From NCBI GenBank assembly GCA_963743245.1, contig CAVUPP010000011.1, forward strand, positions 514,473 to 578,472: DNA of 64,000 bases. The letters run 5' to 3'. The notes under the pieces were generated by a model that saw only the letters and a program-made list of their open reading frames with translations, was not told where the DNA came from and ran no database searches. Source of the DNA: Vicinamibacteria bacterium (GTDB taxonomy: Bacteria > Acidobacteriota > Vicinamibacteria > Vicinamibacterales > JAENWD01). Position numbers and translations under genes: made by a program. The number at the start of each line of letters is the position of its first letter. Position 1 is the stretch's first letter. Positions 62,964 to 64,000 of this stretch are shown piece after piece.

Positions 62964-63629
62964 TCATCGCCGCCGCAGCCTGATGTTCCGCAGCGCCGCC
63001 TTCGTGCGCCACGACGCGACGCCGAGCGGACGCGAATCCAGTACCTCGGCGCGCACGCTGATCCGCTTGCCTGTGGTGTCCACATCCACGACCGACTCGT
63101 CGTCGATCCAGGCCTGGATGCGCGATTCGGTCACGCGGACCCGGATCGTGTACCAGCGATCGTTCTCGAATCGTCGCCTCACCGTCGTCGAATTCTCGGA
63201 CGCATCGAGGCCGTTGAGGCTCGAAAGGCCCACGACTGTGCCGGACCAGCCGCCGACGATGAACGAGCAGTGAGACGCCTGGACGGGGAACGTGAGGCCG
63301 CAGAAGAAGTCGCCGCCCGCGAGACGCATGGCCTGCAGCTCGATCTCGTAGTTGACGGTCGGGACTGCGCCGGTCCACGTCACGCCCGTGAGATCGCCGC
63401 CCATCGCGAGGACGATGCGTCCGTCCTCGACGTTGACCGCGCCCTCGCCGCCAAACTGCGTCGGCTTCCACTGACCGAGCGCGAGTCCGTCGAAGAGCGA
63501 TTGCCATTCGCCTTCTGGCGCGGCGCCCGCGTCGCGAGTGCGAGCCAATACTCCGGCAGCCGCGGCGATCGAGCCCAGCCAGCGGAGCACGTGTCGCCTG
63601 GAGACGCTTTCGGCACAGAAGTGATTCAT
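62964..63629 (-). CDS. DUF1080 (3-keto-disaccharide hydrolase-like) protein, Tat signal
   Basis: 221 aa, intact. [20 protein letters not shown]; ..[20 protein letters not shown].. ..[19 protein letters not shown].. Confidence 0.85.
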   Translation of the reverse strand: MNHFCAESVSRRHVLRWLGSIAAAAGVLARTRDAGAAPEGEWQSLFDGLALGQWKPTQFGGEGAVNVEDGRIVLAMGGDLTGVTWTGAVPTVNYEIELQAMRLAGGDFFCGLTFPVQASHCSFIVGGWSGTVVGLSSLNGLDASENSTTVRRRFENDRWYTIRVRVTESRIQAWIDDESVVDVDTTGKRISVRAEVLDSRPLGVASWRTKAALRNIRLRRR

Positions 63630-64000
63630 GAGGCGAGTCCTCGTGCGAGCAGCTCCATCGTGTGCATCACGGGCAGGGCATGTCCGGACTGTGCGAGGTG
63701 CGACGCAATCTGCGTCTGACAGCCGATGTTGCCGGTCACGACGGCGCGTGCTCCCGTCGAGACGATGGACGCCGCTTTCGCGGCGCCCAATGTTCCGGCG
63801 ATCGCAGGCTGCTCCAGATTGTAGAGTCCGGCCGACCCGCAGCAGATTTCGCCATCGGGCACTTCGCGCAGGGTCAGACCTTCGACGGCGCCGAGCAGAC
63901 GGCGTGGTGCCGCGAGGACGCGCTGCGCGTGCGCGAGATGGCAGGCATCGTGATACGCAGCCGTCATCGGCTCGGGCAGACGAAGCGGCGTGACGAGACC
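63626..64000 (-). CDS. (Fe-S)-binding CCG-domain oxidoreductase subunit (GlcF/LutA-like), C-terminal part; 5' end lies outside the window
   Basis: ..[43 protein letters not shown].. is the cysteine-rich CCG domain. The stop overlaps the DUF1080 start (ATGA). Confidence 0.8.
   Translation of the reverse strand, partial: GLVTPLRLPEPMTAAYHDACHLAHAQRVLAAPRRLLGAVEGLTLREVPDGEICCGSAGLYNLEQPAIAGTLGAAKAASIVSTGARAVVTGNIGCQTQIASHLAQSGHALPVMHTMELLARGLAS

Overview
GC-rich bacterial chromosomal segment. The gene content points to Acidobacteriota (inference, not verified): PadR plus duplicated-FtsX 'ADOP' permeases, a CarboxypepD_reg-type TonB-dependent receptor ending ..QFALKLIF, several DUF1080 proteins and many Tat/Sec-exported hydrolases. 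I can support about 55 protein-coding loci, 4 hairpin terminators, a few promoter/operator candidates and 6 tandem-repeat arrays. I see no rRNA, no foldable tRNA, no CRISPR and no transposase, integrase or phage genes.

Main result: a compact ~10.6-kb minus-strand operon (18359 -> 7768). In order it encodes a HlyD adaptor, a C39-peptidase ABC exporter, a second ABC exporter, a cyclic-nucleotide-binding protein, two Nif11-leader/GG-motif lanthipeptide precursors, a strong hairpin, an unassignable 351-aa ORF, and a ProcM-like (WCHG + CCG) LanM whose ATG overlaps the 351-aa ORF stop. The 351-aa ORF shows a five-fold strand-strand-helix pattern reminiscent of PT-barrel (ABBA) prenyltransferases, and both cores keep an invariant Trp. 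This suggests a possible new tailoring step (hypothesis only).

Second theme: by manual reading, at least 30 single-nucleotide frame breaks, often at short homopolymers, split many genes. They are very unevenly spread: 1 in the first 20 kb and more than 20 between 52.7 and 63 kb. Assembly indels are the most likely cause; real gene decay is the alternative. I therefore annotate merged loci rather than ORF-track fragments.

Third theme: intergenic tandem arrays with 7-nt and 13-nt periods sit directly after stop codons.
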